64,000 nt of DNA from an uncultured delta proteobacterium (GCA_963736855.1 CAVTQK010000020.1:64001-128000); one strand, 5' to 3'; numbered from the stretch's first letter, positions 39,714-53,659 are shown. Made by a program: numbers and translations. The notes: generated by a model not told the origin, from the letters alone.

Positions 39714-40499
39714 CTAGAAACTCAGCATGAAACCGACCATCGGACCGTGCCATGTGGTATCGAACTGAAATCTATTTGAACCGTCTCCGTCCTTGTAGTC
39801 GACGCTCAGAATACGATACCCGAGCCAGGCGCTGAAAATCTCCGTAAAGTCGTAACCAAACGCTGCCGTAAAATTATAGGTGAAGTCAGATCCGGCACCA
39901 AATCCACCGATATCCCCCCTTGCCTTAAAAGCCGCTTTCCGGGCTATCGGGGCTAAAATCCGCAATCCGATGAAGGGGTCATGCCAATCCGCAGTTTGTT
40001 CAAATTTTCCGATTCTAGTGTTTCGGATTTTGCCTGTGACATCCCAGTATCGTCCACCGCCCAGAATATCCATGCGGAAAGCGGGTTCAGACCCCCTTCC
40101 TGAGGGAGGGCCCACCACTCGATAAAACCCACCGACCTCAAGGATTCGGATGCTGGCTTCCGTATTGGTTGTCCCCGCAGCCGTGGTTTCTTCCATCGTA
40201 ATTTCCGAATAGGTGGGATCGACAAATGCCCCCCATCGACCCTTCCCGATCTCGATATTCAGATTCCCCCCGTACTCGAAATCCGACCATACATCATCAA
40301 AACCGGCATCCATAGATGCCCGCTGACCCTTGACCGTGATGTCCCCGTCGATGCCCGACATCCAAAAATAGGGGGCGATCGAAAAAGACCACGGGTTAGA
40401 ATCGGTCGCCGACTGCTGGGCAGCGGCCGGAATGACCCATCCGATAGCTAACAGCATCATTCCACACAGAATCCACCTTGTTTTCAAATTTCCAGTCAT
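39714..40499 (-). CDS. Outer-membrane beta-barrel protein
   Basis: Signal peptide, WSFSIAPYFW, DPFIGLR, GDIGGFG, terminal Phe. Confidence 0.75.
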   Translation of the reverse strand: MTGNLKTRWILCGMMLLAIGWVIPAAAQQSATDSNPWSFSIAPYFWMSGIDGDITVKGQRASMDAGFDDVWSDFEYGGNLNIEIGKGRWGAFVDPTYSEITMEETTAAGTTNTEASIRILEVGGFYRVVGPPSGRGSEPAFRMDILGGGRYWDVTGKIRNTRIGKFEQTADWHDPFIGLRILAPIARKAAFKARGDIGGFGAGSDFTYNFTAAFGYDFTEIFSAWLGYRILSVDYKDGDGSNRFQFDTTWHGPMVGFMLSF

Positions 40500-40632
40500 G
40501 GCACAGGCCCCTTTCTCTGTCTCATTGTTTGGAAATTGACTCCTGCCTTAATTGAGTAAACGGATCTGCTTTGTTTTGCGTTTCATTTAGCGCTTATAAG
40601 TCTTTTTCAGCAACTCGTCCATTCAAAAAGCG

Positions 40633-41034
40633 TCAGCGTTCACAAAGCTCCACCAGAACGCCGTTGGTGGCTTTCGGATGCAAAAAGGCAATCCTGGCGC
40701 CTCCAGCGCCTTTTCTGGGTTTTTCGTCGATGAGCGCCACCCCTTTTTCCTTTAAGAAGGCCAAAGCCTCCTCGATATTTTCCACGCGAAAGGCCACGTG
40801 CTGGATTCCTTCCCCTCTTTTTTCGATGAACTTAGCGACGGGTCCATCTGAAGCGGTGGACTCTAAAAGCTCCACCTCGCTTTCCCCCACCGGGAAAAAA
40901 GCAGTGGTCACCTTTTGTTCCGTTACCGTCTCGGTCCCTTCAAAGGGAAGTCCCAGAATATTGGTCCAGAGGGCTTTTCCGGCATCGATGCTTTTAACAG
41001 CGATGCCGAGGTGATCGATCTTCAAGATCTTCAT
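40633..41034 (-). CDS. mce: Methylmalonyl-CoA epimerase
   Basis: [39 protein letters not shown]. Confidence 0.92.
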   Translation of the reverse strand: MKILKIDHLGIAVKSIDAGKALWTNILGLPFEGTETVTEQKVTTAFFPVGESEVELLESTASDGPVAKFIEKRGEGIQHVAFRVENIEEALAFLKEKGVALIDEKPRKGAGGARIAFLHPKATNGVLVELCER

Positions 41035-41050
41035 GGGTTTTCCTCCTGAT

Positions 41051-42232
41051 TTATTGAAATTTTTTTATGGTCCGTCGGAAGCCGGGAAGCGCATTGATGA
41101 TGGTTTCATCGTCCACGCAGAAAGCCACCCTGAAATGTCCCGGCCCCATGAACCCGCTACCCGGAACAGCCAGGATCAGCTCTTCTTGAAGCGTCTGGAC
41201 AAACTTGACGTCGTCCGGGATCGGAGACTTGGGAAAGAGATAAAAGGCGCCCCTGGGGTGGGTGAACTCATACCCACATTCGGCCATGCCATCACACAAA
41301 AGCTTTCGCTTCCGGGCGTAAGCGGCAAGATCGACCTGAACGCCTTGGAGCATAGCCACCGCCCGCTGCATCAGGGCCGGGGCGTTGACAAACCCGAGAA
41401 TCCGGTTTGCCAGAGCCAATCCTCCCAGAAGAGATTGCCGATGGGTTGCACCGGGATTTACCGCAATGAATCCGATCCGTTCCCCAGGGATGGAAAGATC
41501 CTTGGAGTAGGAAGTCACGATGATGGAATCCTTGTAACATGGAAAAATGCTGGGAACGGTGACCCCGTCATAGACGATCTTCCGGTAGGGTTCATCCGAA
41601 ATCAAGTACAGGGTCCGATTCAGAGATCGTCCTTTTTCGGAAAGCAGGGTGCCCAGATTTTTAAGGCTTTCTTCGGGATAGACCTGGCCCGTGGGGTTAT
41701 TGGGAGAGTTGATCAGGACCGCCTTGGTCTTTTCCGTGATAGCATCCGATATGGCGTCCAAATCCAGTGCAAAGCCAGGTCTCGTGGAAACGGTTTTAAG
41801 AATTCCTCCATGGTTGTCCACGTAAGTGTTGTACTCCACGAAATAAGGGGCCGGGCAGATGACCTCGTCTTGAGGATCGAGGATGGTTTTCAAGGTGACG
41901 TTGAGGGCGCCTGCCGCACCGCAGGTCATGATGACTTCGTCTTGGGTCACTGGTGTTTTCTGTTCTTTGGAAAGATATCCGGCAACGGCCTCCCTCACGA
42001 AGGGGTATCCTGTGTTTGGCATGTAGCCATGATCTCCGGGTTTGGAGGATTGAATCAGATCGAGCAACACCTCCTTAAACCGATCCGGCGGAGGGAGGTT
42101 GGGATTGCCTAGGCTGAAATCAAATACATTTTTTGCCCCGTGCTTGGCTTTTAGCTTTGCTCCCTCTTCAAACATCTTGCGGATCCAAGACTGCCGACTC
42201 TGCATCATCTCGATTTTTTTGGCAACCGTCAT
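41051..42232 (-). CDS. PLP-dependent class I/II aminotransferase (aspartate aminotransferase-like)
   Basis: [35 protein letters not shown]. Confidence 0.9.
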   Translation of the reverse strand: MTVAKKIEMMQSRQSWIRKMFEEGAKLKAKHGAKNVFDFSLGNPNLPPPDRFKEVLLDLIQSSKPGDHGYMPNTGYPFVREAVAGYLSKEQKTPVTQDEVIMTCGAAGALNVTLKTILDPQDEVICPAPYFVEYNTYVDNHGGILKTVSTRPGFALDLDAISDAITEKTKAVLINSPNNPTGQVYPEESLKNLGTLLSEKGRSLNRTLYLISDEPYRKIVYDGVTVPSIFPCYKDSIIVTSYSKDLSIPGERIGFIAVNPGATHRQSLLGGLALANRILGFVNAPALMQRAVAMLQGVQVDLAAYARKRKLLCDGMAECGYEFTHPRGAFYLFPKSPIPDDVKFVQTLQEELILAVPGSGFMGPGHFRVAFCVDDETIINALPGFRRTIKKFQ

Positions 42233-42312
42233 GAAAAGTCTCCAGATTTCCATTCCGCCGAACCGGTCAGCCGTTCAGGCTGGGGATCGACAACTGGCGT
42301 TTCGTATTTGGA

Positions 42313-42534
42313 TTAATTAACCGCTTCCACGGATTTGACCTCCGGAACATCCCCTTTGATCAGCCGCTCGATACCGTTTTTAAGCGTCATCTGGGACATG
42401 GGGCATCCGGCGCAGGCTCCCTGAAGACGGACTTTCACCACGCCGTCGACAACGTCCACCAGCTCGACATTTCCGCCGTCCCGCATCAGCAGTGGCTTGA
42501 TCTTATCAATGGCTTTTTTCACTTTTTCTTTCAT
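42313..42534 (-). CDS. NifU/NfuA C-terminal domain Fe-S carrier
   Basis: DGGNVELV...LQGACAGCPMS. Confidence 0.9.
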   Translation of the reverse strand: MKEKVKKAIDKIKPLLMRDGGNVELVDVVDGVVKVRLQGACAGCPMSQMTLKNGIERLIKGDVPEVKSVEAVN

Positions 42535-42600
42535 GGGGTTCTCCCTTCTGCTTGGCCTTTTAGGTCCTAAAAGTATGCCCAGACATTCTGTGTGACCATA

Positions 42601-44786
<2,186 letters not shown>

Positions 44787-44789
44787 GGA

Positions 44790-44978
44790 TTATAGCTTTC
44801 GCCCCAGATAAACCAGAAAAACACCCAAAGCCATCAGGATCAAACCCAGGTTTCGCAGGCTTTTCTCCTGCATGATCTCGATCTTTTTCATCCAGGTTTT
44901 CATTTTTTCCGGAAACACAAAATACGGAAGGCCCTCCACCACCATCACCATTCCCATTACACATAAAAAAAAGTCCAT
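44790..44978 (-). CDS. DUF2065-like small membrane protein
   Basis: 62 aa, VVEGLPYFVFP, two hydrophobic helices. Confidence 0.75.
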   Translation of the reverse strand: MDFFLCVMGMVMVVEGLPYFVFPEKMKTWMKKIEIMQEKSLRNLGLILMALGVFLVYLGRKL

Positions 44979-45106
44979 GATTTTACCTGGTTAGCTCCGT
45001 CCTGGCTTCTGATATCGTTTGTCTGCCACCCACAAAAGCGCTTGACTATACACCATAACAAGCGTTACAGGAAAGTCCAAAACGTATTAAAACCACGGGG
45101 AAATTT

Positions 45107-46537
45107 ATGACATTCGAACCGATCATCGGGCTTGAGGTCCACGCCCAGCTCAAAACCAAGACCAAGATTTTTTGCGGGTGTTCCACCGTGTTCGGAAGTC
45201 CTCCCAACACCCACATCTGTCCGGTATGCCTGGGAATGCCGGGGGTGTTACCGGTACTGAACAGAACGGTAGTCACCTATGCCGCGAAAATGGCGCTGGC
45301 CACCCACTGCACCCTCTCCCGTGTCAGCCGGTTTGCCCGGAAGAATTATTTCTATCCGGATCTCCCCAAAGGGTACCAGATCTCCCAGTATGAAGAACCG
45401 CTGGCTCAAAAAGGGGTTATTGAAATCGAAACCGACGGGCAGAGCAAACGGATCCGTATCACCCGGGTTCACATGGAAGAAGATGCGGGAAAACTCACCC
45501 ATGATCTCCATCAGGGTTTTTCCCGGGTGGATTTCAACCGTACCGGGGTACCGCTCATTGAAATCGTGAGCGAACCCGACATCTCCTCCCCCCGGGAAGC
45601 CGCGGCTTATCTCAAGCAACTCCGATCCATCCTCCGCTACCTGGATGTGTGTGACGGGAATATGGAGGAAGGGAGCTTCCGATGCGACGCCAATATTTCC
45701 ATCCGGAAAAAAGGAACAACAACACTCGGAACGCGAACGGAACTGAAAAACCTCAATTCGTTCAAGCACGTGGAACGGGCCCTCCAAATTGAAATCGAAC
45801 GCCAGACTGAGATCCTTCAAGACGGGGGTCACATCCTTCAGGAGACCCGGCTTTACGATCCGGACAAAGACCGAACCCGTTCCATGCGGGGAAAGGAGGA
45901 GGCTCACGATTACCGGTATTTTCCGGACCCCGACCTGATTCCCATAGAACTCGATGAAGATTGGATCGAAGCAATTCGACAAAGCCTTCCGGAATTGCCG
46001 GATGAAAAAAGAGCTCGCTTTATCGATGCATACTGTCTTCCTGCATATGACGCCGATATCCTCACTTCCAGCAGGGAACTGGCCGACTATTTCGAAAATT
46101 GCGTCCGATCTTTCCCGCAGCCTAAGTTGGTAAGCAACTGGATCATGGGACCGCTTCTTGGACTCCTTGGCGCCCGGGGTTTTTCCATCGAAAAGAGCCC
46201 TGTTTCCTATGGTTACTTAGCCGAGCTGCTGGGCCTCATCGATCAGGGGGTGATCAGTCAGAAAATCGCCAAAAACGTCTTTGACGAGATGGCTGAAACC
46301 GGAGAAACTCCCAAGGCTATCGTGGAAAAAAAAGGACTGTCGCAGGTCAGCGACACCGATATTCTCGAAGCAGCGGTCCGGCGCGTCCTCGACCGATCGC
46401 CGGACGAAGTCAGTGCTTACCGGGACGGAAAAGTCAAACTGTTCGGCTACTTCATCGGACAGATCATGAAAGAAACCCGGGGAAAGGCCAACCCCAAGCT
46501 GGTCAATGAAATCTTGGAAAAATGGCTTTCCGGATAA
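45107..46537 (+). CDS. gatB: Asp/Glu-tRNA amidotransferase subunit B
   Basis: [43 protein letters not shown]. Confidence 0.97.
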   Translation: MTFEPIIGLEVHAQLKTKTKIFCGCSTVFGSPPNTHICPVCLGMPGVLPVLNRTVVTYAAKMALATHCTLSRVSRFARKNYFYPDLPKGYQISQYEEPLAQKGVIEIETDGQSKRIRITRVHMEEDAGKLTHDLHQGFSRVDFNRTGVPLIEIVSEPDISSPREAAAYLKQLRSILRYLDVCDGNMEEGSFRCDANISIRKKGTTTLGTRTELKNLNSFKHVERALQIEIERQTEILQDGGHILQETRLYDPDKDRTRSMRGKEEAHDYRYFPDPDLIPIELDEDWIEAIRQSLPELPDEKRARFIDAYCLPAYDADILTSSRELADYFENCVRSFPQPKLVSNWIMGPLLGLLGARGFSIEKSPVSYGYLAELLGLIDQGVISQKIAKNVFDEMAETGETPKAIVEKKGLSQVSDTDILEAAVRRVLDRSPDEVSAYRDGKVKLFGYFIGQIMKETRGKANPKLVNEILEKWLSG

Positions 46538-46598
46538 CGACCGGCTTTTTACCCGGATCGTATTCCGGATGACCGAATTTAAAAAGGAGCATTTGTTC

Positions 46599-48254
46599 AT
46601 GAACCCAAAACAGCATCGGATTCCCTTTTTTATTTTAATCTTTCTTTTCACGGCAACCTTTGTCGCGGCAAGAAATTCCGCGGCAACTCCGCTTCGGGTG
46701 GCCATCCTCCCCTTTCAGATAAATGCTCCGTCCGAGCTTTCGCATCTCAAACAAGGGATTGCCGACATGCTGGCCTCCCGCCTGACCTGGGAAGACAAGG
46801 TCGTGGTTTTTCGGGTAGATGATCCGGCAAAAGAAACTCAAAAAGGCCCGATCAGCGAAAAAGCGGCTCGGGAGATGGGAGCTGCCCTTCAGGCAAATTT
46901 GGTCCTTTTTGGAAGCCTCACCGCACTGGGCAACAGCATCAGCATCGACATCAAGCTCGTCGATCTTTCCGGTGAAAAACCGGTCCGCACTTTTTTTGTC
47001 CAAAGCCTCTCCCTGGATGAGGTGATCCCCAAAATCGATCTTTTGGCCTCCGACATCAATGAAGAGGTCTTCGGCCGGACACTGGCAAAGAAAGAACCGG
47101 CCCATCAGCCTGCACCCCAACAGCCGAAGGACGATTCCCGCACGCATCCGGAAAAACTGGTCCAGGGCGGATTCCAGGACAGCGGCGGCGCCGGCCAAAG
47201 TGAAATTTTCCTGCCGGGACCCGAGGCATCCTCGAGGGCTAACTTTTGGAAAAGTTCCAATTTCGGATACCTCATCAATGGAATAACCTTAGGGGATGTC
47301 AACGGCGATAAAAAGCCAGAAACCGTGGTCGTTACCCCCTCCGAAGTGCGTATCTTTTCGATGGAAGCCAACCGATTCAAAGAGATTGCAAAAATCGACA
47401 TGGGACGCTTTATCCACATCGTGGGTGTCGATTCAGCGGACATCAACGGAAACGGATATGCTGAAATTTTTGTGAGTGCCACAAACACTCAAAAAAACGC
47501 GGCCCAATCCTTTATCCTGGAATTCAATGGAACCCAGTATGTCCCGATATTGGAAAACAGCCCATGGTTTTACCGGGTAGTAGACCAACAGACAGGGAAA
47601 CCGATATTGCTGGGCCAGAAAATCAGTCTCGGTGATCCTTTTTCCGGTGATATTGTCGAATTGACCTGGAAAGAAAAAAAACTTTCCCGAGACCGAACGG
47701 TATGGGACAAGGCTGGATTGAACCTGATGGGATTTTCCCTGGGAGATGTGCAAAATAACGGGCAGCCGCTTTATCTGGCATACGATTCTTACGATCACAT
47801 CCGGCTTCTGGGATCGTCGGGTAAGGCCTTGTGGGAAGGAAGCGACAAACTCGGAGGAAGCACCCTCTATTTTACCCTCTCCCAGGTGGACCCCGGTGTG
47901 GAAAATATCCAGTATCTTCCCATGCGCCTTGTCGTTCAGGATATCAATAACGATGGGAAAGCCGATGTCATCGTTGCTAAAAACCACGAGATGGCAGGCA
48001 GGCTTCTCGATCGCTTCAGGGTCTATACCAAATCCCAGTTCCAGTTTCTTTCCTGGGATGGTATCGGGCTCTCCCTGGTTCAGGAAACCCGAGCCATCTC
48101 CGGGTTTGTCCGGGACTTTTTCATCGGTGATTTCGATGCCGACGGAAAGGACGAACTGGTGGCTGCCATTGTCATCAAGGAAGGGAGTATGGCCTTTACA
48201 GAGCCTAAAAGCACCATTATTGCGTACGAGATGAATGATATGCCAAAACGCTGA
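46599..48254 (+). CDS. Exported FG-GAP/VCBS-repeat protein with N-terminal TolB-like alpha/beta domain
   Basis: Signal peptide, RVAILPF, repeated GDVNGD/ADINGNG/QDINNDG/GDFDADG motifs; AAGGAG RBS before ATG 46599. Confidence 0.8.
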   Translation: MNPKQHRIPFFILIFLFTATFVAARNSAATPLRVAILPFQINAPSELSHLKQGIADMLASRLTWEDKVVVFRVDDPAKETQKGPISEKAAREMGAALQANLVLFGSLTALGNSISIDIKLVDLSGEKPVRTFFVQSLSLDEVIPKIDLLASDINEEVFGRTLAKKEPAHQPAPQQPKDDSRTHPEKLVQGGFQDSGGAGQSEIFLPGPEASSRANFWKSSNFGYLINGITLGDVNGDKKPETVVVTPSEVRIFSMEANRFKEIAKIDMGRFIHIVGVDSADINGNGYAEIFVSATNTQKNAAQSFILEFNGTQYVPILENSPWFYRVVDQQTGKPILLGQKISLGDPFSGDIVELTWKEKKLSRDRTVWDKAGLNLMGFSLGDVQNNGQPLYLAYDSYDHIRLLGSSGKALWEGSDKLGGSTLYFTLSQVDPGVENIQYLPMRLVVQDINNDGKADVIVAKNHEMAGRLLDRFRVYTKSQFQFLSWDGIGLSLVQETRAISGFVRDFFIGDFDADGKDELVAAIVIKEGSMAFTEPKSTIIAYEMNDMPKR

Positions 48255-48264
48255 TTCGGAATAT

Positions 48265-48460
48265 TGATGGCTTCGTAAAAAGGTTCATCTGCTGCGTCGC
48301 ACTGCAAGTCTTTTCGCAAAAAGTGCGAAGGGTTGAGCGTTAAGACATCTCAAGCTGTCTCAGGCACTTGTGCCGAGTTCTTGAGATTTAGCGAAACCCT
48401 TTGGACTCTTCCGAAAAGAATTGCGGCCCGAGAAAAATCGGCCTTTTTACGATTTCATCA
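48265..48460. mobile_element. MITE-like element, copy 2 (~196 bp)
   Basis: Ends TGATGGCTTCGTAAAAAGG ... CCTTTTTACGATTTCATCA, with AATATT repeated at both junctions. The first ~40 nt match copy 1; the interior differs and is strongly self-complementary. Confidence 0.78.
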
Positions 48461-48480
48461 ATATTGAAAGCGCACATAAA

Positions 48481-48513
48481 AAACCCCGGGGTGATCGCTC
48501 ACCCCCGGGGTTT
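48481..48513. terminator. Bidirectional intrinsic terminator
   Basis: AAACCCCGGGGTGA-TCGC-TCACCCCCGGGGTTT hairpin with A and T runs, between convergent genes. Confidence 0.75.
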
Positions 48514-48546
48514 AGTTTTATTGAACGTTAAGCGATCAGGTCAAAA

Positions 48547-49601
48547 TTAGAAATTAATCTGAGTCTTAACGCCAAAATAGGTCAGCTTGCCTTCGTCAGC
48601 GCCAGCCCGGCTGTCCTGGTAGTCGTAAATGCCGATTTCCGGAACCAAAAAGAAACCCTTGGCCGGAGAGATCGTGGCCTGGATGTAATAAACCATGGTC
48701 TCGTCATCCGACTGACCCGCCACATCGGTTTCATTGGTGACCATGCCGATACCGCCTTCAAAGGACAGCATATCGCTCACCTTGAAGCCGACGGCCCCTG
48801 CATAACCCAGGGTCGTGGTGTCTTGAATGGTACGGTTAACAAGCTGAGCACCATCCGCACCCACAGTGTTGGAGCCGTAATCCCCGGTGTTCTGGCCGTA
48901 ATGAGCGCCGACCTGGACATAAGCCGGTCCGAAATCGAAGGTGGCCTTGACGCCGACTACATAGGAATCCACGGAATAATCCGGGGCTTCAGCCGAATTT
49001 TCCACGTCAAAGGAATTGTATCCGCCGAAGACGCCGACGGAAAACTTGTCGGCTTTGAAGTCATAGCGGGCTTCGATTTTGGGTAAAGAATTGTCCACGT
49101 CGCCGCTGTTATCCCCGGTCAGACGCGCGCCCGTGGGGCGAACCAAAGCCACCTGGAGCCCGGCGACCTGGAGCTGGATCATCGGTTGCCGGCCGGCATA
49201 AAAGCCACCCATAGTCCAGCATATTGTCGTCATCGCCGAAAACCTGGTTTCCAACGGTGAACAAGGTCGGGGTGTAGTCCTGGCCGACTTCCAGCTCGCC
49301 GGCGCCGAAATTCCATTTTCCATAAAGGAGCCGCAGGTTGACACCGGTGCCGTATTCGAACCGACCGGTGATGGCGTCGGCCTTCACATTGGCTCCGATC
49401 CGGGCGTTGCCCTGGAGGTTATGGGTCAAACCGTCATCACCGAGATCTGCTCCATGCGGCCCATCCAGTTCACGATCTGTCCCAGAAGGTCTTCATACGG
49501 GCGCTGCCGTAGAAGCTCCAGTCTGCCGCCGTGACCGGGACGGTAAAAGCCACGACCATCGCCGCAGCCACAAACAATACGAACAGTTTCTTCATCTTCA
49601 T
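48547..49601 (-). CDS. Outer-membrane porin, split by two +1 G insertions
   Basis: AAGGAGG RBS then MKMKKLFVLFVAAAMVVAFTVPVTAADWSFYGSARM. Continues through LQGNARIGA, LRLLYGKWNFG and PKIEARY to YFGVKTQINF if one G is removed at ~49482 and at ~49209. Confidence 0.8.
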
Positions 49602-49731
49602 TTCCTCCTTAACGTGCATTTGTCTTCATCAAATTTCGTGCGTCCTTCATCGTTGCAGCCGATTTTGCGTATCTTCCGTTCCCACCCCCTTTCGCCTATC
49701 CAAAAGATTAAGGACATGGAAAATATGGCAC

Positions 49732-49760
49732 TTTATAACAACCGCGTTATTCCCTGTCAA
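49732..49760 (-). promoter_or_regulatory. Putative sigma-70 promoter for the porin
   Basis: TTGACA-N17-TATAAA on the minus strand. Confidence 0.6.
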
Positions 49761-49776
49761 GCTATTTTTCAGGATT

Positions 49777-50781
49777 TCATGCCAAAAAACATGCGACTTC
49801 GTGCCCCGGTTCTACCTCCCTGAAGAGGGGGATCTGGTCTTTGCAGGGGGACTCCTCTCCTTTTGCACATCGGCTGTAAAAGGGACATCCCGCCAAACCG
49901 GAAAATTCACGCTCTCTTTTTAAAAGCGTATTGTATCGGCCGGTTTTTTCGCCGTAGGCAAAGCGGGGAAGGGCATCGATGAGGGCCTGGGTGTAAGGAT
50001 GCCTGGGATGGGTGATGACCGCTTTTCCTTCTCCCATCTCCACCAGATTGCCCCGATAGATAACCGCGATGCGATCGCACAGGTATCGGGCCGCCGCCAA
50101 GCTGTGGCTGATGAAAAGAAAGGTCACATCGAAGCGTTTTCTAAGCTCCGAAAGGATGTCGAAAATCTGGATGGAAATAGGCGCGTCCAGCATGGAAGTG
50201 GGTTCGTCGGCCACCATCAGTTCGGGATTCAGAATCATGGCCCGGGCGATGGCCACCCGTTGCCGCTGGCCGCCGGAAATCTGATGCGGAAAGCGGTCCA
50301 AAAAATCCTCGGGGGGTGACAGGCGAACCGACTGGAGTATCTCGTAAACACGGTCTGTCCGTGAATTGCCGTTTCCCTTCCTGTGTATTACCAGGGGCTC
50401 TTCCACGGCATCGAAGACGGAAAGCCGGGGATTCAGGGATTGATACGGATCCTGGAAGATCATCTGCACCCGGGCTCGGAAACTTTTAAGATTCCGTCCT
50501 CGCAAGAGGGTGATCTCCTTTTGATTCAGAAAAATTTTCCCGGAGTCGGGCTCCTCCAATTTGACGATGAGTCGCCCTGCCGTGGTCTTGCCGCTTCCGC
50601 TCTCCCCGATGAGCCCGAAGATCTCTCCTTTGCGGATGGAAAAGGATATCCGGTTCAAAGCCGTAACGCTCTTTCCGGTGCCCTTGAAAAACGATCGGAC
50701 CTGCCGGTAGGTCTTTGTCAGCTCGTAAAGCCGCAGGATCTCGGAGTCGGCGTTTTTATCTATGGCCAGTGTCTCCTTCAT
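49777..50781 (-). CDS. Oligopeptide/dipeptide ABC transporter ATP-binding subunit (OppF/DppF-like)
   Basis: GESGSGKTT, ISGGQRQR, ADEPT, HPYTQAL, GCPF...C...C...VACF. Confidence 0.92.
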   Translation of the reverse strand: MKETLAIDKNADSEILRLYELTKTYRQVRSFFKGTGKSVTALNRISFSIRKGEIFGLIGESGSGKTTAGRLIVKLEEPDSGKIFLNQKEITLLRGRNLKSFRARVQMIFQDPYQSLNPRLSVFDAVEEPLVIHRKGNGNSRTDRVYEILQSVRLSPPEDFLDRFPHQISGGQRQRVAIARAMILNPELMVADEPTSMLDAPISIQIFDILSELRKRFDVTFLFISHSLAAARYLCDRIAVIYRGNLVEMGEGKAVITHPRHPYTQALIDALPRFAYGEKTGRYNTLLKREREFSGLAGCPFYSRCAKGEESPCKDQIPLFREVEPGHEVACFLA

Positions 50782-51736
50782 AGGCACCGGTTGCACAAAA
50801 CCCGATGGGTCGGGCCAGCCGATACGTACTTAATGGGCTGCAGTCGGCAGGCTGATTCCGCGTAAGGGCAGCTCGTACAAAAGCGGCATCCCGGCACCGG
50901 ATCGATGAGATCCGGGCCGTCTGCCGAAACTTGATGCTTCCGGATAACCTTTTCCTTGACCGTCAAAAAAGAGGACAGGAGCAATTGAGTGTAAGGATGC
51001 AGGGGCGTTTCCAGAACGGATTGCCTATCCCCGTATTCCACGAGGTGTCCACCGTAGAGGACGCCGATGTCGTGGCATACCTCCGCCACTACCGCAATGT
51101 CGTGGGAGATATAGATCATGCCGATGTCAAAGGCTTCCTGGATCCGTTTGGCCTCCTGGAGAATCTGATCCTGAACAATCACATCCAGGGCCGTTGTGGG
51201 TTCATCCGCAATGATCAGCTTCGGCCGGAGCGCCAGGGCCATGGCGATGACGGCCCGCTGTTTCATTCCCCCGCTATATTGATGGGGAAAATCCCGCATA
51301 CGGGATCTCGGAATCCCCACCTGATCAAAGAGCGCCTCCACCCGTTCCCGGATCATTTCCTGAGGAGTCTCCGGCTCATGGGTCAAAATCGCCTCGGCGA
51401 TCTGATCGTCCACGTGATGCACCGGATTCAGGGCGTTCATGGCAGCCTGAAATATCATGGCGATCTTTTTCCACCGGATCTCCTGCATCTCCTCTGCAGG
51501 CTTTTTTGAATCAGGTCTTCCCCCTCAAACAGGATTCGTCCTTTTAAAATCTTTCCGTTTGGAGGCAGGAGCCTCAGGATGGCCATTCCCAGAGTGGTCT
51601 TTCCACATCCCGACTCTCCCACGAAGCCTAAAGAGCGACCAGGGTCCACTGTAAAGGAGACATCGTCCACTGCCTGGAGGATTCCCTTTTCGGTATGGTA
51701 CCCGATACTCAGTCCTTCAACCTCAAGCAGCGCCAT
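50778..51736 (-). CDS. Oligopeptide/dipeptide ABC transporter ATP-binding subunit (OppD/DppD-like), one frameshift at the A6 run 51502-51507
   Basis: GESGCGKTT in the N-part; YSGGMKQR, IADEPTTALDV and HPYT in the C-part. Confidence 0.88.
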
Positions 51737-51737
51737 T

Positions 51738-52670
51738 TCAGAATCTCTCCCCTTCCTTGCGCAGCCGGGGGTCCAGGACCTCATCCATGGCACGGCCCAA
51801 GAGATAAAAGGATAGGGTGATGAGCGAAATGCAAATCCCGGGGGGCAACAGCCAGTAAGGGGCCTTGAACATGTGTCCGGTCTTCCAGACCCACTGGAGC
51901 ATCATCCCCCAGCTCACCGTGCCCGGATCGCCGAAACCCAAAAAGGCCAGCGCTGCCTCGATGTTGATGGCAGCGGTGACGCGGAAGGTCATATACAAAA
52001 ACGATAAAGGAAGCACATTGGGCATGATGTGCCTGAAGATGATGCGCAGATGAGAAGCGCCTGCGACCCTGGCGGCCTCGATGAAGGGGCGTTCTTTCAG
52101 AGTCAATGTCTGGGCGCGGATGACCCGGGAAACACCCGGCCAACGGAACAGGGCAATGATCAGGACGATGCTCCAGATATTGAGTTGCCCGAAAAGGGCG
52201 GCCAGTATCAGGACCACCAGAAGGGTCGGCATTACCATGATCATATCCGCTGTCCGCATCAAGAGGGTGTCGGTCCATCGGCCCATGTATCCGGCGGTCA
52301 TCCCGATGAGCGTCCCTAAAACGATGCTCACGAAAGCCGACGAGATCCCAACGGTAAAAGCCACCCGTGCGCCGGCTAGGAGCTGGCTGAAAAGATCCCG
52401 GCCCATGAAATCGGTCCCTAGCCAGTGTTTGACACTCGGTCCGGTGGAACAGGTAATCATGGGATCCACCCCGCTCATGGGACGGTACATGGGGTCGATA
52501 TAGGGCGGAATGAAACTGCAAAAGGCCATGAGGACAAAAACAAAAAGCAGACCAAGCCCGATTTTGCCCAGCAGATTCTTTTTATAGACGGCCCACCCTT
52601 CCTTCCAGCGCTCAATGTGGTGTCGGTGCCTGGACCGGGTTTTGCTGATCTTTCTTAAACGCTCGGGCAC
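51738..52670 (-). CDS. Peptide ABC transporter permease (OppC-like)
   Basis: HWLGTDFMGRD, FIEAARVAGAS, SWGMML. Confidence 0.92.
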   Translation of the reverse strand: MPERLRKISKTRSRHRHHIERWKEGWAVYKKNLLGKIGLGLLFVFVLMAFCSFIPPYIDPMYRPMSGVDPMITCSTGPSVKHWLGTDFMGRDLFSQLLAGARVAFTVGISSAFVSIVLGTLIGMTAGYMGRWTDTLLMRTADMIMVMPTLLVVLILAALFGQLNIWSIVLIIALFRWPGVSRVIRAQTLTLKERPFIEAARVAGASHLRIIFRHIMPNVLPLSFLYMTFRVTAAINIEAALAFLGFGDPGTVSWGMMLQWVWKTGHMFKAPYWLLPPGICISLITLSFYLLGRAMDEVLDPRLRKEGERF

Positions 52671-52681
52671 CTCTCCCCCTA

Positions 52682-53659
52682 TTAGTAGCGGATCCGTGGA
52701 TCCAGATAGGCATAAATCATGTCGACAACCACATTGGATACCAGCACCACCGCTGAAATTAGGAGGAAGGCGGCCTGGGCCAGGGGATAGTCGTTGTGGC
52801 TTACTGAAAATACGAGCTCCCTGCCGATCCCCGGCCAGGTGAAGACCGTCTCAGTTAAGGCACCCCCGTTGATGGAAAAGGCCAAGCTCAACCCGATGCT
52901 GGTCACCACAGGAAGCGCCGCATTGGGAGCTGCGTGTTTGTCTCGAATGACTTTTTCTTTAAGACCCTTGGCCCTTGCTGTCAGGATATAATCTTCCTTG
53001 AGCGTTTCCAGCATGGAGCTGCGCATGATGAGAAGATATGAGCCGAAATAGATCAAAGACAGGGTAAAAACGGGAAGGGCCATGTGGTAGGCCACATCCA
53101 GGCCCTTGGCTAAAATTCCTGAAGATGGGTTCAGGAAAATCTCTTCCGAGATCATGCCGTTGATGGGGAACCACCCCAGACGAAACGCAAAGACCCAGAT
53201 CAGGATTAGCGCCATCCAGGGCAAAAAGACCGTGTGGGTCGCCAAGGCCAAAAGCGTCAGGAGGGTATCGGTTTTTTCCCCTTTCCTCCAGGCAGCAATT
53301 TTGCCCAAAAAGACACCGATCAACGCGGAGAGGATCACCGATGAGGTAAATAGGAGCACTGTATTGGGAAACCGGTCCCAGATAATCTCCATGACCGGCC
53401 GGCCGTAATGAAAAGAGTACCCCAGGTTGCCTGAAAAAAAATTTTTTACATAGTACAGATACTGGATCCACAGGGACCGGTCCAAACCGAGCTGGGAAAT
53501 CAAATGGGCTGCGTCTTCCGTCGTCATCTCAGGCCCGATCATCCGTGAGATCGGATCTCCCGGGGCGATTCTGAAGAGGACGAAGAGGATCGTGAGGATC
53601 ACGAAAAACGCAATTCCGATCTGGATCGTGCGACGACGGGCGTATCGCCACATCTCCAT
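52682..53659 (-). CDS. Peptide ABC transporter permease (OppB-like)
   Basis: APGDP, EDYILTARAKGL, ETVFTWPGIG, YLDPRIRY. Confidence 0.92.
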   Translation of the reverse strand: MEMWRYARRRTIQIGIAFFVILTILFVLFRIAPGDPISRMIGPEMTTEDAAHLISQLGLDRSLWIQYLYYVKNFFSGNLGYSFHYGRPVMEIIWDRFPNTVLLFTSSVILSALIGVFLGKIAAWRKGEKTDTLLTLLALATHTVFLPWMALILIWVFAFRLGWFPINGMISEEIFLNPSSGILAKGLDVAYHMALPVFTLSLIYFGSYLLIMRSSMLETLKEDYILTARAKGLKEKVIRDKHAAPNAALPVVTSIGLSLAFSINGGALTETVFTWPGIGRELVFSVSHNDYPLAQAAFLLISAVVLVSNVVVDMIYAYLDPRIRY

